Shown piece after piece: positions 1 to 10,071 of a DNA stretch of 64,000 bases. Location of the stretch: positions 18,790 to 82,789 of the forward strand of contig LKNA01000004.1 of NCBI GenBank assembly GCA_001564065.1, in the 5' to 3' direction. Under the pieces are notes generated by a model. That model was given only the letters and a program-made list of their open reading frames with translations, ran no database searches and was not told the DNA's origin. The first letter of the stretch is position 1; each line of letters starts with the position of its first letter. Source of the DNA: Chitinophagaceae bacterium T5-Br10_B2g13. GTDB lineage: Bacteria; Bacteroidota; Rhodothermia; Balneolales; Balneolaceae. The position numbers were made by a program, and so were the translations under genes.

Positions 1-1429
1 TACCCGCGAAGATTTCAATGTATCTCCCCATCGCAGATATGCAGGCTCACAAGTGGATCAAATAGATACCGAGCACAAATCAATTATGGCTCGACACTTT
101 GTTATGTTCTCTAGCAGTGTTGATTTAACAACCACTCTTTATCATAATGACTTTGCAAGAGATTGGTATAAACTGCAGCAGGTTGATGGAACAGGCATGT
201 CTACCGTACTTAGCAATCCGTCGCAATACTCAACAGCTCTGGGATACCTAAAAGGGCAAAATAGTCCGAACGACGCTCTTGTTGTTCGATCGAATAACAG
301 GGAGTACTACTCACAGGGGGTTGAAACCATTTTAGGATTAAACTTTGATCTTGGTACCGTAAACAACAGTGTGGAGTTTGGGATACGCCTTCACAGAGAT
401 GAGGAAGATCGCTTCCAGTACGAAGACGGCTACAAAATGGAAAATGGTGTTATGATCTTAACCTCTGCGGGTACGCCGGGTACACAGGCTAACCGAATCG
501 GTTCAGCAACAGCTCTTTCCATGTACTTAAAAGATGACATTGTATTAGACAGATGGACGTTCACACCGGGTATCCGATTTGAAAACATCTGGTTTACGAA
601 TCGAAATTTCGGCTCCAACGACCTAGGCCGAACAGGCTCATCACTTAACAAAAATGAGTATACAATCAGTGAATTTATACCCGGAGCCGGAGTAACATTT
701 AAAGCGTCAGACAATCTCATCCTGATTGCAGGAATTCACAAAGGATTTTCACCTCCAAGTCCCGGATCATCACCTGAAACGAAGTCCGAAGCAAGTGTAA
801 ATTATGAGCTTGGTTTCCGATTCGCTGATTCTCTGTTCAGAACTGAGATCATCGGTTTCTACAATAACTACAGCAACCTTCTTGGTTCTGATCTTGAAGC
901 CGGCGGCGGGGCAGGAACCTCAGCACAATTTAATGCCGGAAGCGTTAACGTGGTTGGGTTGGAAGCCTCCGCAGAATTAAGCATATCTGAACTACTTGAA
1001 ATTTCGAATCTCAATATTCCATTTTCAGTTAATTACACCTATACGAACGCTGAGTTTCAAAGCTCATTCGATAGCGACTTTAGCCCTTGGGGTTCAGTTG
1101 AAAAAGGCGATCAACTGCCATTTATTCCGGAGCATCAGCTAAACAGCTCGCTTTCTTTTAACTGGGAACGTATTCAGTTTCATATAAACACAACCTACTC
1201 CCCTAAAATGAGAACCACCGCGGGTCAGGGAAGCATTCTGGATGAAAACAGCACCGATAGCTATTTCATCACCGATGTGAATGCTACTTACAATATCCTC
1301 AACAATGTGGATCTTTTTGTAAACACTCGAAACCTATTTAATCAAACCTATATTGTTTCAGACCGGCCTGCAGGTGTTCGTCCCGGACTGCCAAGAACAT
1401 TTATGGGTGGGCTTCGCGTGAATATATAG
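1..1429 (+). CDS. TonB-dependent receptor, FecA-like (5' partial)
   Basis: The frame is open from the window edge (TREDFNVSPHRRYAGSQVDQ...). It has beta-barrel strand patterns, the TBDR C-terminal motifs 'NLFNQTY' and 'PGLPRTFMGGLRVNI', and 'PGIRFE'. Confidence 0.85.
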   Translation, partial: TREDFNVSPHRRYAGSQVDQIDTEHKSIMARHFVMFSSSVDLTTTLYHNDFARDWYKLQQVDGTGMSTVLSNPSQYSTALGYLKGQNSPNDALVVRSNNREYYSQGVETILGLNFDLGTVNNSVEFGIRLHRDEEDRFQYEDGYKMENGVMILTSAGTPGTQANRIGSATALSMYLKDDIVLDRWTFTPGIRFENIWFTNRNFGSNDLGRTGSSLNKNEYTISEFIPGAGVTFKASDNLILIAGIHKGFSPPSPGSSPETKSEASVNYELGFRFADSLFRTEIIGFYNNYSNLLGSDLEAGGGAGTSAQFNAGSVNVVGLEASAELSISELLEISNLNIPFSVNYTYTNAEFQSSFDSDFSPWGSVEKGDQLPFIPEHQLNSSLSFNWERIQFHINTTYSPKMRTTAGQGSILDENSTDSYFITDVNATYNILNNVDLFVNTRNLFNQTYIVSDRPAGVRPGLPRTFMGGLRVNI

Positions 1430-1449
1430 CAATACTTTTTACAAAACCT

Positions 1450-1483
1450 AAAAAGCAGATTCGACGCCGGATCTGCTTTTTTT
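1450..1483 (+). terminator. Rho-independent terminator
   Basis: Hairpin AAAAAGCAGATTCG-acgc-CGGATCTGCTTTTT followed by a T-run, 20 nt after the receptor stop. Confidence 0.8.
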
Positions 1484-1552
1484 ATACGATCATTTTTTTC
1501 AATTTTCACCTTCAGTGGTTACATTCTCATCCCACTTAAATAATGAGTAATA

Positions 1553-2371
1553 ATGACTATTTCTGTATTAGGTTGTGGGTGGCTGGGATTTCCACTCGCG
1601 CAAAATTTATTGAGCAAAGGTTATACTGTGAAAGGTTCAACCACATCTAAAAAAAAGCTCAAAGAGATTAAGCATGCCGGCGTTGAATCTTTTTTATTAA
1701 ACCTTCCCGAACAGCTTGAGGACGAAGAAACAAAAAGCTTCTGGGATGCCGACATTTTATTCCTGAACATCCCTCCCGGTCGCGGAAATCAAGAGGTAGA
1801 GCAAGATTATTCTCAGCTGGTTCAAAAAATTGTTGCCAAAGCGAAAAGTGAAGGTGTAAAATGGATCATTTTTGCCAGCTCAACATCGGTCTACAGCCCG
1901 GTTGGAGGAGTTACAAAAGAAGAAGATGCAGAGCCCGGCAGTGCGGCCCGCCCTTCGGGAGAAGCTGTTTTAAAAGCCGAAGAGATTCTCAGAAAATCTA
2001 AACTTGATTCCACCATAATACGATTTGGCGGACTGTATGGATATGGCCGGCACCCGGTAAAATATCTTGCCGGCAAAAAGGGGCTTTCTGATGCGTCAAA
2101 ACCCGTTAATTTGATCCATCAAACAGACTGCCTCAATATTATTACAGAGATCATCAGACAGGATAAAAAGAATGAAATTTATAACGCTGTTTCCGACGGC
2201 CATCCACCGCGAAAAGAGTTTTATAAATCAGCTGCGCAGCATTTTAATTTACCTGAACCGGAATTCGAAAGTGGAGAAAAGCAGAATTACAGGGTAGTTT
2301 CAAACAATAAGTTAAAAAGAGACCTTGGGTACACATTTTCCTACCCTAACCCTATGGATCATACTCCGTAA
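1553..2371 (+). CDS. NAD(P)-dependent SDR/epimerase family protein (YeeZ-like)
   Basis: N-terminal GCGWLG Rossmann motif, plus 'SSTSVY', 'RFGGLYG' and 'VNLIH'. Confidence 0.85.
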   Translation: MTISVLGCGWLGFPLAQNLLSKGYTVKGSTTSKKKLKEIKHAGVESFLLNLPEQLEDEETKSFWDADILFLNIPPGRGNQEVEQDYSQLVQKIVAKAKSEGVKWIIFASSTSVYSPVGGVTKEEDAEPGSAARPSGEAVLKAEEILRKSKLDSTIIRFGGLYGYGRHPVKYLAGKKGLSDASKPVNLIHQTDCLNIITEIIRQDKKNEIYNAVSDGHPPRKEFYKSAAQHFNLPEPEFESGEKQNYRVVSNNKLKRDLGYTFSYPNPMDHTP

Positions 2372-2377
2372 CTTTTA

Positions 2378-3040
2378 CTACCTGTTTACCACATAAATAT
2401 CAGCAGCTACGTTTGCGCCAATAGCTACTTCATTCTCACCTTCTACCGATATATGAACAGGTCCTTCGAAAGGCTCTCTTTTTAGAATCTCTATCTTGAC
2501 TCCGGGAATCAGATTTCTCTCTTCAAGGTATCTTAGCAGGTCGGGATCCTGATTTTTCACTCTTCTGATTACACACGGAGTTTTCTCCTTGATCTCCATC
2601 AACGAAAAGAGGTGAACCTTTGGCATCTTCCCATCCTTGCCCGGTATCGGGTCTCCGTGTGGATCAAACTGAGGATCATTCAGCAACTCTGCGATGCGGT
2701 CTTCGAACTGTTCAGAAATATGGTGCTCCAGCTTTTCAGCCTCATCATGAACTTCATCCCAGGAGTACCCCATCATTTCTGTTAAATAGAGTTCAATTAA
2801 TCTGTGATGCCGAATAATTTCCAGTGCTATTTTCTCACCGGCTTCTGTCAGTCTGGAACCGTAGTAAGACTCATAGTTTACCAATCCCATTTTAGACAGC
2901 CTTTTTACCATATTGGTAACAGATGCACCGGCAACATTCATCTCTTCAGAAAGCCGGGAGTTAGATACACCATCCTCTCCCTCATTTTCGAGTTTATAAA
3001 TAGCTTTCAAGTAATCTTCAACGGATTGGCTTCTGGACAT
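2378..3040 (-). CDS. mntR: DtxR/MntR family metal-dependent repressor with FeoA-like C-terminal domain
   Basis: Motifs 'EDYLKAIY', 'RHHRLIE', 'EAEKLEH' and 'DPHGDPIP'. ATG at 3040 is preferred over the ORF-track start at 3046. Confidence 0.9.
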   Translation of the reverse strand: MSRSQSVEDYLKAIYKLENEGEDGVSNSRLSEEMNVAGASVTNMVKRLSKMGLVNYESYYGSRLTEAGEKIALEIIRHHRLIELYLTEMMGYSWDEVHDEAEKLEHHISEQFEDRIAELLNDPQFDPHGDPIPGKDGKMPKVHLFSLMEIKEKTPCVIRRVKNQDPDLLRYLEERNLIPGVKIEILKREPFEGPVHISVEGENEVAIGANVAADIYVVNR

Positions 3041-3070
3041 AACCAAAGTTTAAATTGCAAATTCGTTAGA

Positions 3071-3577
3071 TTAGTTCTCTTGATATTCCTGAAACGTTTG
3101 TACAAGAAATTGATCACTGCCTACAAAATTCAGCAGGTTGGAAAACATCTCGGCTTCGATAAATCCCGGCTGAGATCCAAGTATGCTCCCTTCTTGATTC
3201 AGAAAATAGGTAGTCGGCACGCTCCTGTTTTCGAGTGCACGGGCAAATTGTGCTTCCGTCATTTCGTTTCCGTGGTAGTTTACCATCTCTTCAGACTCCA
3301 CATTAATTTTTACCCAGATGTAGTGTTCTGCAATGGCCTCCAGAACAGAGCTATCTTTATACACCTCTGAATGCATTCTCTGGCAATATGGACACCACTC
3401 CGCGTATACATCGACCAAAATCTTTTTATCCGATTCAGGAGCGAGTTTCAAGGCTTCTTCAAGGCTGATCGGCTCCGGACTGTTTTCTGCTTCCTGAGCT
3501 ACCGATTGCGTAGAAAAGGCAAATATCGCGATCGCCAGAATAACCATTGCAATGATTGTATAAGCGTAATTCTTCAT
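3071..3577 (-). CDS. Exported thioredoxin-fold protein (SoxW/DsbD-gamma-like)
   Basis: Signal peptide, WCPYC active site and the cis-Pro loop 'VPTTYF'. Confidence 0.85.
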   Translation of the reverse strand: MKNYAYTIIAMVILAIAIFAFSTQSVAQEAENSPEPISLEEALKLAPESDKKILVDVYAEWCPYCQRMHSEVYKDSSVLEAIAEHYIWVKINVESEEMVNYHGNEMTEAQFARALENRSVPTTYFLNQEGSILGSQPGFIEAEMFSNLLNFVGSDQFLVQTFQEYQEN

Positions 3578-3595
3578 AAAAATAGACCCAATTTT

Positions 3596-6163
3596 TTATC
3601 TCTTTTTGATCACTACCAATGTCATGTCATCATGCTGATTGGTACCATCCCCAAAAGTGTACAGATCTTCAACTATTTTACTTAAAAGAGTTTCTGCATT
3701 AGTCTCATGATAAGTTTCGATAAGCTTTTTCAGCCTGTTATCACCGTAAAAGCGATTCAAATTGTTGGTTGCTTCTACTACACCATCCGTGTATAAAACC
3801 AAGATGTCATTCTTTTGAAAATCAATCGACAGTTCGGAAATATTTTTCCTGAATGTTTCGTCTTCAGTAATCCCCAACCCGATTCCTTCAGGCGTAAACG
3901 TATACAGTTTCTTCTCTTTACTGTTAAAATAGAGCAGCGGATTATGCCCTGCTCTTGAAAAAGAAAAACGACTTCTTTTTACATCCACCACTCCAAATAT
4001 AAGAGAAATAAATATCCCTTTGCGCGCATTCTTTTTAAACAGTTTATTGGCCCTTGCCATTACCTCAACCGTCGACTCAAAGTTTTCGCAAACCGCATGA
4101 ATCACTCCTTTAATGAAAGTCATAAAAAATGCAGCCTGGATGCCTTTTCCGCTTACGTCACCAATGGTAACGGCAAGCTGATCATCCCTCAGCGAGATAA
4201 AATCGTAGTAATCACCGCCTGTTTCATAAGCAGGCTTACACACTGCGGAAATATCCAAACCTTCAAAGTTCGGAGTACTGACGGGCAAAAAGGATTGCTG
4301 TACCTTCCGCGCAATTTGAAGCTCCTGCTTGATCCGCTCACTCTGGGCAAGCTCATCCACATATTCGGGGACAAAGTTTGGCAGTTCTTTTTCAGACTTT
4401 CCGGTACTTAGTGAATAACCTCCATATGCAAGACCAACAAATACAAGTAAGACGTTCGTGTAGAAAAGGATAGCATCAGGTGATTGTGCCATCACCCAGC
4501 CGGAAGCGGTAGTGAGATGATTCACAAAGAAAAACAGAGTAATGAACACAGTTAAAAAATCGTCACGAATATAGACCCAGCCAATAAAAAATCCGGCGAT
4601 GGCCAGAAGGACAAACTCTGTATAGAATGGCCCCAGCCCTTCGGCAATTGGATTCATGATTCCAAAAATCAAACCAACCAACAATACAAGAACTACAGGC
4701 GAATCCGTAATGGTTTTAACCTTGCCCAGAAAAACCAGGAAAATTAATTGAGCTACCAGAAAGAAGAGAGCAAGATTAGACAGCATCAATACTATGTTCG
4801 CGAGATACCTGCCATCAGAATAGAAAACTGAATCTATCGACAAGTAACCAACCGGCATTAGAGAATAGGCCAGTGCCCACACTCCTGCCAAAGTAAAAGA
4901 GTAGGTTATGCCCCTTACAAAAGAGAGTCCGACCGGCTTATTAAAAAAGTGACCGATTCTTAAAAGATCGATCGTCTGCAGTTTTTCAACCCAGTTTTGC
5001 CGGGTAATGGAATCAGATATGGCAGTAATCAGAAAATAGAACAGAGATGTGAAAGCTGCCGTAAAACCCGCCGCAATCATCATCATCGAGATAAAGCTGA
5101 AATCGATGCTTCCTTGATTGTTGAAATGCTCGAACGTCATTTGGGAAAGCGGAATCATTGGGAAGATAAAGCCGGCTAAAACGGCAATCAGTATTGCAGC
5201 CTTCGTATCAATCAATCTCATCCTGAAGCGGATGATAAACAGGATGAGAACCCAAAATACTAACAACAGCAGTACCGCTCCTCGTATACCCGAAATTATC
5301 GTATCCCAGGAAGTTCCGGCTGTCTCACCGGATTGCACATTGTGGTTCAGAGAAAGCAGTGCTCCCGTTGGCAGAACGGTTACATTTACATCAATTATCT
5401 GCCGTACAGATTCATCCTCGATCGAATAAACCACTCTCGCCGCATCTGTAAAATCCAGTGGAGCTTTTTCAACCTGTTTGAGTTCAAGATACGCTGTTGG
5501 CCACCCTGTATTCATCAAATGATAGAATGCCATTTTTTCAGCCACATCCGTTCCCAGCTGCGTAAGCGTGCCGTGTTCCACATCTTCACTCAATTCGGTT
5601 TGGGCAGATGTAAACTGAAACTGAATTCTGTTGAAGAGCGTGCTGTCTATCGATTCGGGAGGTATCTGTGGATGATCGATATCCAATGCATACGACAGTA
5701 CTTCTGCATTAAAGAAATTTTCAGGAATAATATTGTCTGAATTGACCAGAGATCTTAATTCGCCTTTTTCATTCAGGGTAACTTCTAAGCTCTGAAATTG
5801 GGCACTTCCCACCGAAAAAACATCTGAGTCCACCTCTTCTATTAAAAAAACAGATCTCCAGAAAAACAGAGGGAATTTCAGCCTGTTCTGATCCTGAGTG
5901 TAAAATTCCCGGAAGTTGGTCTGATACTGCAGTGAATCAAGAAGTGAGGATTGAACACGAAAAGTAGTATTTGGCTCTACTGCCGATTGATAACCTAATG
6001 ACTGGAGAATCTCCTGAGCATGAGAGGATGCTCTTTCCCCGCCCAAACTGTTATCTGCAACTCCTAAAGGATGCTGTTCTCCGTACAACCAGAAAAAAGT
6101 CAGTGCAGCAATAACGCCGACAGCCAGTAGTATGATATCTTTTTTTGTTGTATCGGAACGCAA
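3596..6163 (-). CDS. Multi-pass membrane PP2C/SpoIIE-family (RsbU-like) phosphatase
   Basis: C-terminal 'ELQIARKVQ', 'GGDYYD', 'GDVSGKG', 'AGHNP', 'YTDGVVE' and 'DDMTLVV'. These follow an N-terminal TM, a large periplasmic region and many hydrophobic segments. Confidence 0.9.
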   Translation of the reverse strand: MRSDTTKKDIILLAVGVIAALTFFWLYGEQHPLGVADNSLGGERASSHAQEILQSLGYQSAVEPNTTFRVQSSLLDSLQYQTNFREFYTQDQNRLKFPLFFWRSVFLIEEVDSDVFSVGSAQFQSLEVTLNEKGELRSLVNSDNIIPENFFNAEVLSYALDIDHPQIPPESIDSTLFNRIQFQFTSAQTELSEDVEHGTLTQLGTDVAEKMAFYHLMNTGWPTAYLELKQVEKAPLDFTDAARVVYSIEDESVRQIIDVNVTVLPTGALLSLNHNVQSGETAGTSWDTIISGIRGAVLLLLVFWVLILFIIRFRMRLIDTKAAILIAVLAGFIFPMIPLSQMTFEHFNNQGSIDFSFISMMMIAAGFTAAFTSLFYFLITAISDSITRQNWVEKLQTIDLLRIGHFFNKPVGLSFVRGITYSFTLAGVWALAYSLMPVGYLSIDSVFYSDGRYLANIVLMLSNLALFFLVAQLIFLVFLGKVKTITDSPVVLVLLVGLIFGIMNPIAEGLGPFYTEFVLLAIAGFFIGWVYIRDDFLTVFITLFFFVNHLTTASGWVMAQSPDAILFYTNVLLVFVGLAYGGYSLSTGKSEKELPNFVPEYVDELAQSERIKQELQIARKVQQSFLPVSTPNFEGLDISAVCKPAYETGGDYYDFISLRDDQLAVTIGDVSGKGIQAAFFMTFIKGVIHAVCENFESTVEVMARANKLFKKNARKGIFISLIFGVVDVKRSRFSFSRAGHNPLLYFNSKEKKLYTFTPEGIGLGITEDETFRKNISELSIDFQKNDILVLYTDGVVEATNNLNRFYGDNRLKKLIETYHETNAETLLSKIVEDLYTFGDGTNQHDDMTLVVIKKR

Positions 6164-6283
6164 ATTATCTGCAGGTTAATTAATTATTGATTAAGGAAAC
6201 AGATCCATTAATTTACATCGGAATTTATGAAACAAAGTTTCAAAATTTTTTAGGTTAATAAAAAACTTAAATGACTTATTTTT

Positions 6284-7042
6284 ATGTGTCTTACCGTATT
6301 TGCCTATCAAGTTCATAAACAGTACCCACTCATACTGGCAACCAACAGAGACGAGTTTTACGAAAGACCAACCCGACCTGCTCAATTTTGGGAAAATCAG
6401 CCGGATATGCTTGCAGGTAAAGATCTGGAAGCAGGAAGCACCTGGATGGGGATTACTAAGAATCATCGATTTGCAGCACTAACCAACTACAGGGATATGA
6501 AATCCATCAAAGAGAACGCCCCAAGCAGGGGGCAACTTGTAACTGATTATTTAGATTCAGACTCAGATCCCGTTGAATTTTTTCGATCAATAAAGTCTGA
6601 TGCGTCAGATTATAACGGCTTTAATCTTCTTTTTGGTTCTGTAAATAACCTCTACTATTTCAACAATCAGCATCTCGAACTTCGTAAATTAGAGCCGGGA
6701 TTTTACTCACTCAGCAACGCATTTTTAGATACTAAATGGCCTAAAACTGAGAAAGCTCTCTCTGATTTCAAACCTCTGGTTAAAGAAGAAAACCTTCAGG
6801 AAAACAAGTTTTTTGATCTACTGCGTAACACAGAAACTTATCCCGATCATATACTGCCAGCTACCGGTCTCCCCATTGAGAAAGAGCGACTGGTTTCATC
6901 GATATTTATTCTTTCAGACGATTACGGTACCCGATCCTCCACACTGCTTTTAGCTAATCCCGCTGGTAAAACAACATTCACTGAAAAGACATTTAAGCCC
7001 CGCACTGTAACTGTCGAGCATACAGAACGCCACACCTTTTAG
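6284..7042 (+). CDS. NRDE/TANGO2 family protein
   Basis: Starts MCL, with 'NRDEF', 'GKDLEAGSTW', 'SRGQLV', 'YNGFNL' and 'YGTRSST'. Confidence 0.92.
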   Translation: MCLTVFAYQVHKQYPLILATNRDEFYERPTRPAQFWENQPDMLAGKDLEAGSTWMGITKNHRFAALTNYRDMKSIKENAPSRGQLVTDYLDSDSDPVEFFRSIKSDASDYNGFNLLFGSVNNLYYFNNQHLELRKLEPGFYSLSNAFLDTKWPKTEKALSDFKPLVKEENLQENKFFDLLRNTETYPDHILPATGLPIEKERLVSSIFILSDDYGTRSSTLLLANPAGKTTFTEKTFKPRTVTVEHTERHTF

Positions 7043-7128
7043 CATTTTGTTCACTGCCCGATTCTCAAAAATTATTGGTACTATTCAACTTGGATATTCA
7101 AATCATAAATCTGTTTTAATCAGTTTCA

Positions 7129-7908
7129 ATGCCATCAACAGCCGGAGATAAAGTCAGTTGCCTTATTGTAACAGCCAATCGCAAAAAGCTGTTGAAACGG
7201 TCCCTCCTTTCACTGAAAAATCAGACACACAAAAATATTGAGGTTGTCTTAGTTGATAACGGTGAAGAAACCGTTGAGGAGCTTTTGAAAATATTTCCGG
7301 ATGAGCAAGTTAACTACACTTTTATCGAGCCTTCTCCGGGGAATGTTTTAGGAGATCTCAGAAATATATCGTTGGAAAAAGCAACCGGCGACTTTATGAT
7401 CTGCTGGGACGATGATGACTGGTTCCACCCGAAACGAATTGAGATTCAGCTAAACGCGCTTAAAGATGGATACGACGCTTGCTGCCTGGAGGGAAATATT
7501 TTTCATATTGGTACACCCGATCTTATCAATCATCCCTACATCGGCCGGTTGCCTGACGGATCCCCCAGTTCCATCATGCACAGACGAAAAGATGATATCA
7601 GATACCCCTCCATGCGGCGCGGAGAAGATACAGTCTATCTTAATCGGTGGATGGAACAGGGTAAATATAAAATGCTCGACTTAACAAACGCTTATCTATT
7701 TGTACGGGTATTTCATGGAACAAATGTATCCGGGAAAAAACATTTTTTGCGTAGGCTGAAAAACTCTCCTGTAAGTTGGATTCAGTACATGTGGCACGAA
7801 AAAATTAAAGGCGATCTGTTTGGCCATCCTAAGTTTGATCTCTCACAGAATGAATATGAGTCATTTGAACAGTTTTTAATTGATTCCAGACATCTCGGAA
7901 TTCTTTAG
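7129..7908 (+). CDS. Glycosyltransferase family 2 (GT-A fold)
   Basis: Motifs 'VLVDNG', 'LRNISLEKATGD', 'WDDDDW' (DxD) and 'GEDT'. Confidence 0.88.
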   Translation: MPSTAGDKVSCLIVTANRKKLLKRSLLSLKNQTHKNIEVVLVDNGEETVEELLKIFPDEQVNYTFIEPSPGNVLGDLRNISLEKATGDFMICWDDDDWFHPKRIEIQLNALKDGYDACCLEGNIFHIGTPDLINHPYIGRLPDGSPSSIMHRRKDDIRYPSMRRGEDTVYLNRWMEQGKYKMLDLTNAYLFVRVFHGTNVSGKKHFLRRLKNSPVSWIQYMWHEKIKGDLFGHPKFDLSQNEYESFEQFLIDSRHLGIL

Positions 7909-7924
7909 TTAATTGACTTTCTGA

Positions 7925-8902
7925 ATGATTGAGTTGTTAAAACATACATTTCGAACGGCTAAGAAAAGCTTCAAAGCTTTCAGAAATTCCCCCAGAGGGC
8001 GAACCTCCCTTAAATATCTGACCTATTTTGCTCAGGTATTGATCATCGTTATCATCGCCATTCAACTTACAGGAATTGGCTGGGGAAATATGTTCAACTC
8101 TCTTCCTACAACTCCTTGGTTTTATGTCCTTTTCCTGTTTATCTATTTCCTTCTCCCTTTTTCAGAAACACTGGCTTATAAGTTAACCTGGAGTATTCCA
8201 TACTGGAAAAGTATATCTATTTTTATCAAAAAGAGGATATTTAACAAAGATGTGATGGGGTATTCCGGTGAGCTTGTGCTGATGCAGTGGGCCACTCAAC
8301 ACACCGAAAAAACAAAAAAACAGATTTTTAAAGATGTTCGGGATATGAACATCATCTCTTCAGCGGCGTCCACTATTGTGGCTTTTGGTTTATTAGGCAT
8401 ACTTTTCATTACAGGTCAAATTAAAGCCCTGGATCAAATAATCAGGAAGGATTTTCTCTCCGGCACATCCCTAATTGAATACGCCGTTGTTGGCATTATT
8501 GCAGCTATTTTAATATCAGTAATTATCAGATTCCGCAAATATCTCTTCAGCATGCCGGCCGGAATCACTATAAAAGTTTTCTCAATACACACAATCCGCA
8601 TGATCGTACTCTATGCCGCTCAAATTTTGCAGTGGCATCTGGTTCTGCCTGTGATCAGTATGGAAATCTGGTTCACTTTCTTAAGTGTAAACATCATCAT
8701 AAGCAGAATACCGATCATTCCAAGCCAAGATCTGGTTGCAACCGGAACCAATATTGAAATTGCCAAAATACTGCAGGTTCCCGTCGCTCCTGTAACTGGA
8801 ATATTCCTGGTTCATGATGTGCTTGGCAAGATGCTTAATTTCCTTCTCTATCTTTACCTTACCATCACCGGTAAGAAAGGGAAGGCTGAGATTACGCTAT
8901 AA
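7925..8902 (+). CDS. Polytopic membrane protein, probable lysylphosphatidylglycerol-synthase TM (UPF0104/flippase-like) family
   Basis: About 8 hydrophobic segments and a 'GYSGE' motif at the position of the 'GGE' loop of UPF0104 proteins, located in a glycosyltransferase cluster. Confidence 0.55.
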   Translation: MIELLKHTFRTAKKSFKAFRNSPRGRTSLKYLTYFAQVLIIVIIAIQLTGIGWGNMFNSLPTTPWFYVLFLFIYFLLPFSETLAYKLTWSIPYWKSISIFIKKRIFNKDVMGYSGELVLMQWATQHTEKTKKQIFKDVRDMNIISSAASTIVAFGLLGILFITGQIKALDQIIRKDFLSGTSLIEYAVVGIIAAILISVIIRFRKYLFSMPAGITIKVFSIHTIRMIVLYAAQILQWHLVLPVISMEIWFTFLSVNIIISRIPIIPSQDLVATGTNIEIAKILQVPVAPVTGIFLVHDVLGKMLNFLLYLYLTITGKKGKAEITL

Positions 8903-9874
8903 TTTTACTCTCTTACTGTCTGTTTCCATTTCCCAAACACGTTCCGAGAATTCATAAAACGACTTTTTTTGGTGGTACCATCCAAAGTGCAGGCAGTATG
9001 GCGTAACCTCCATATAGTCGCCTTTTCCGGGTACCAGGGAAAAAACGGAGATTAACAGATTTCTGAGCCACACAGGACGGGTTGCTTTGAAGTCATAAAC
9101 AAACCGATCGTTGTAAAGTGTGCACTGTACATTGTGATAATCTTTATCATGTGAAGTGTAATCATCAATGTAATCAAGCTGTGGACTCTCATGCCCATTC
9201 AGCCACGGCAAAATAGGTACACGGAGTTTCGCCATAGCCATTCCAAGACTCCATTCACACGACTCCTGAGTTCTTCCCTTTTCATTTTTTCGACTTCTGA
9301 AATGAGTCTCTTCCCGCTTTGATAGATATTCTGTTGCTGTTTCACACACTTTCTGTGCAAGATTATTATCAGCAGAATATATCATTCCCGTCTGTACCCT
9401 ATTCAGGTAGGTTAATCCAAATTTCTTCAAGGTCCTCTTGCGCCGCTGTAAGATAACGTCTGCTACAATTCCTATTCCTTTAGGTCCGCCGAAGAAATTG
9501 TCGGCAATATGATTTCCGGATATTGTAAACGCATAAGAGCTCAGCTTTCTCCATAATGGGTCCGGATCTTTACACCACACCATGTCACTGTCCAGATAGA
9601 GGTTTCGAGAGTAAGGCATAAAATTGTGCACATTATGCTTAAAACCTGTAATTGACTGATTCTTATCAGCGAGAAGCCCTATTTCATCGAAAATATTGGA
9701 AAGTCCGTTCTCATCTAAAATTTGCGCATGTTTTGTAGAACAAAATAGAGCAATTGGTCTCTTTTTGTCATAGCGCCTGAGCGTATGAACGCTTGCAACA
9801 ACATGTCGCAGATACTTCTCATCACCATAGGAGGAATAAACGTAACCTTCTTTTTTACTTTCTGTTTCAGCCAT
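8897..9874 (-). CDS. Putative GT-A glycosyltransferase (GT8-like)
   Basis: 'YLRHVVASVHTLRR', 'PYSRNLYLDSD' (DxD), a 'TG' motif and a late 'LHFG' His motif. Confidence 0.65.
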   Translation of the reverse strand: MAETESKKEGYVYSSYGDEKYLRHVVASVHTLRRYDKKRPIALFCSTKHAQILDENGLSNIFDEIGLLADKNQSITGFKHNVHNFMPYSRNLYLDSDMVWCKDPDPLWRKLSSYAFTISGNHIADNFFGGPKGIGIVADVILQRRKRTLKKFGLTYLNRVQTGMIYSADNNLAQKVCETATEYLSKREETHFRSRKNEKGRTQESCEWSLGMAMAKLRVPILPWLNGHESPQLDYIDDYTSHDKDYHNVQCTLYNDRFVYDFKATRPVWLRNLLISVFSLVPGKGDYMEVTPYCLHFGWYHQKKSFYEFSERVWEMETDSKRVKL

Positions 9875-10071
9875 TTGATCTTATACGATAGTAAAACTCA
9901 TCATCACGCAATTCAGCAGAATCTTCAATAAATTATTGAATCAGTATTCTTGTGAAATAGTATGAATTGCTAAAATACTGCATCAAAATTGTCTTCTGAA
10001 AGATCTTTATATTATGAAATCATAAAAAAAGAAATCAGCAGTCTCTAAAAATTTGAGTTTGTAATATACAG

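Noticed and set aside
6246-6270. TTTAGGTTAATAAAAA resembling a DtxR/MntR half-site upstream of the phosphatase-trx-mntR genes
   Set aside because: Only one half matches, and the region is very AT-rich, so this is not distinguishable from chance.
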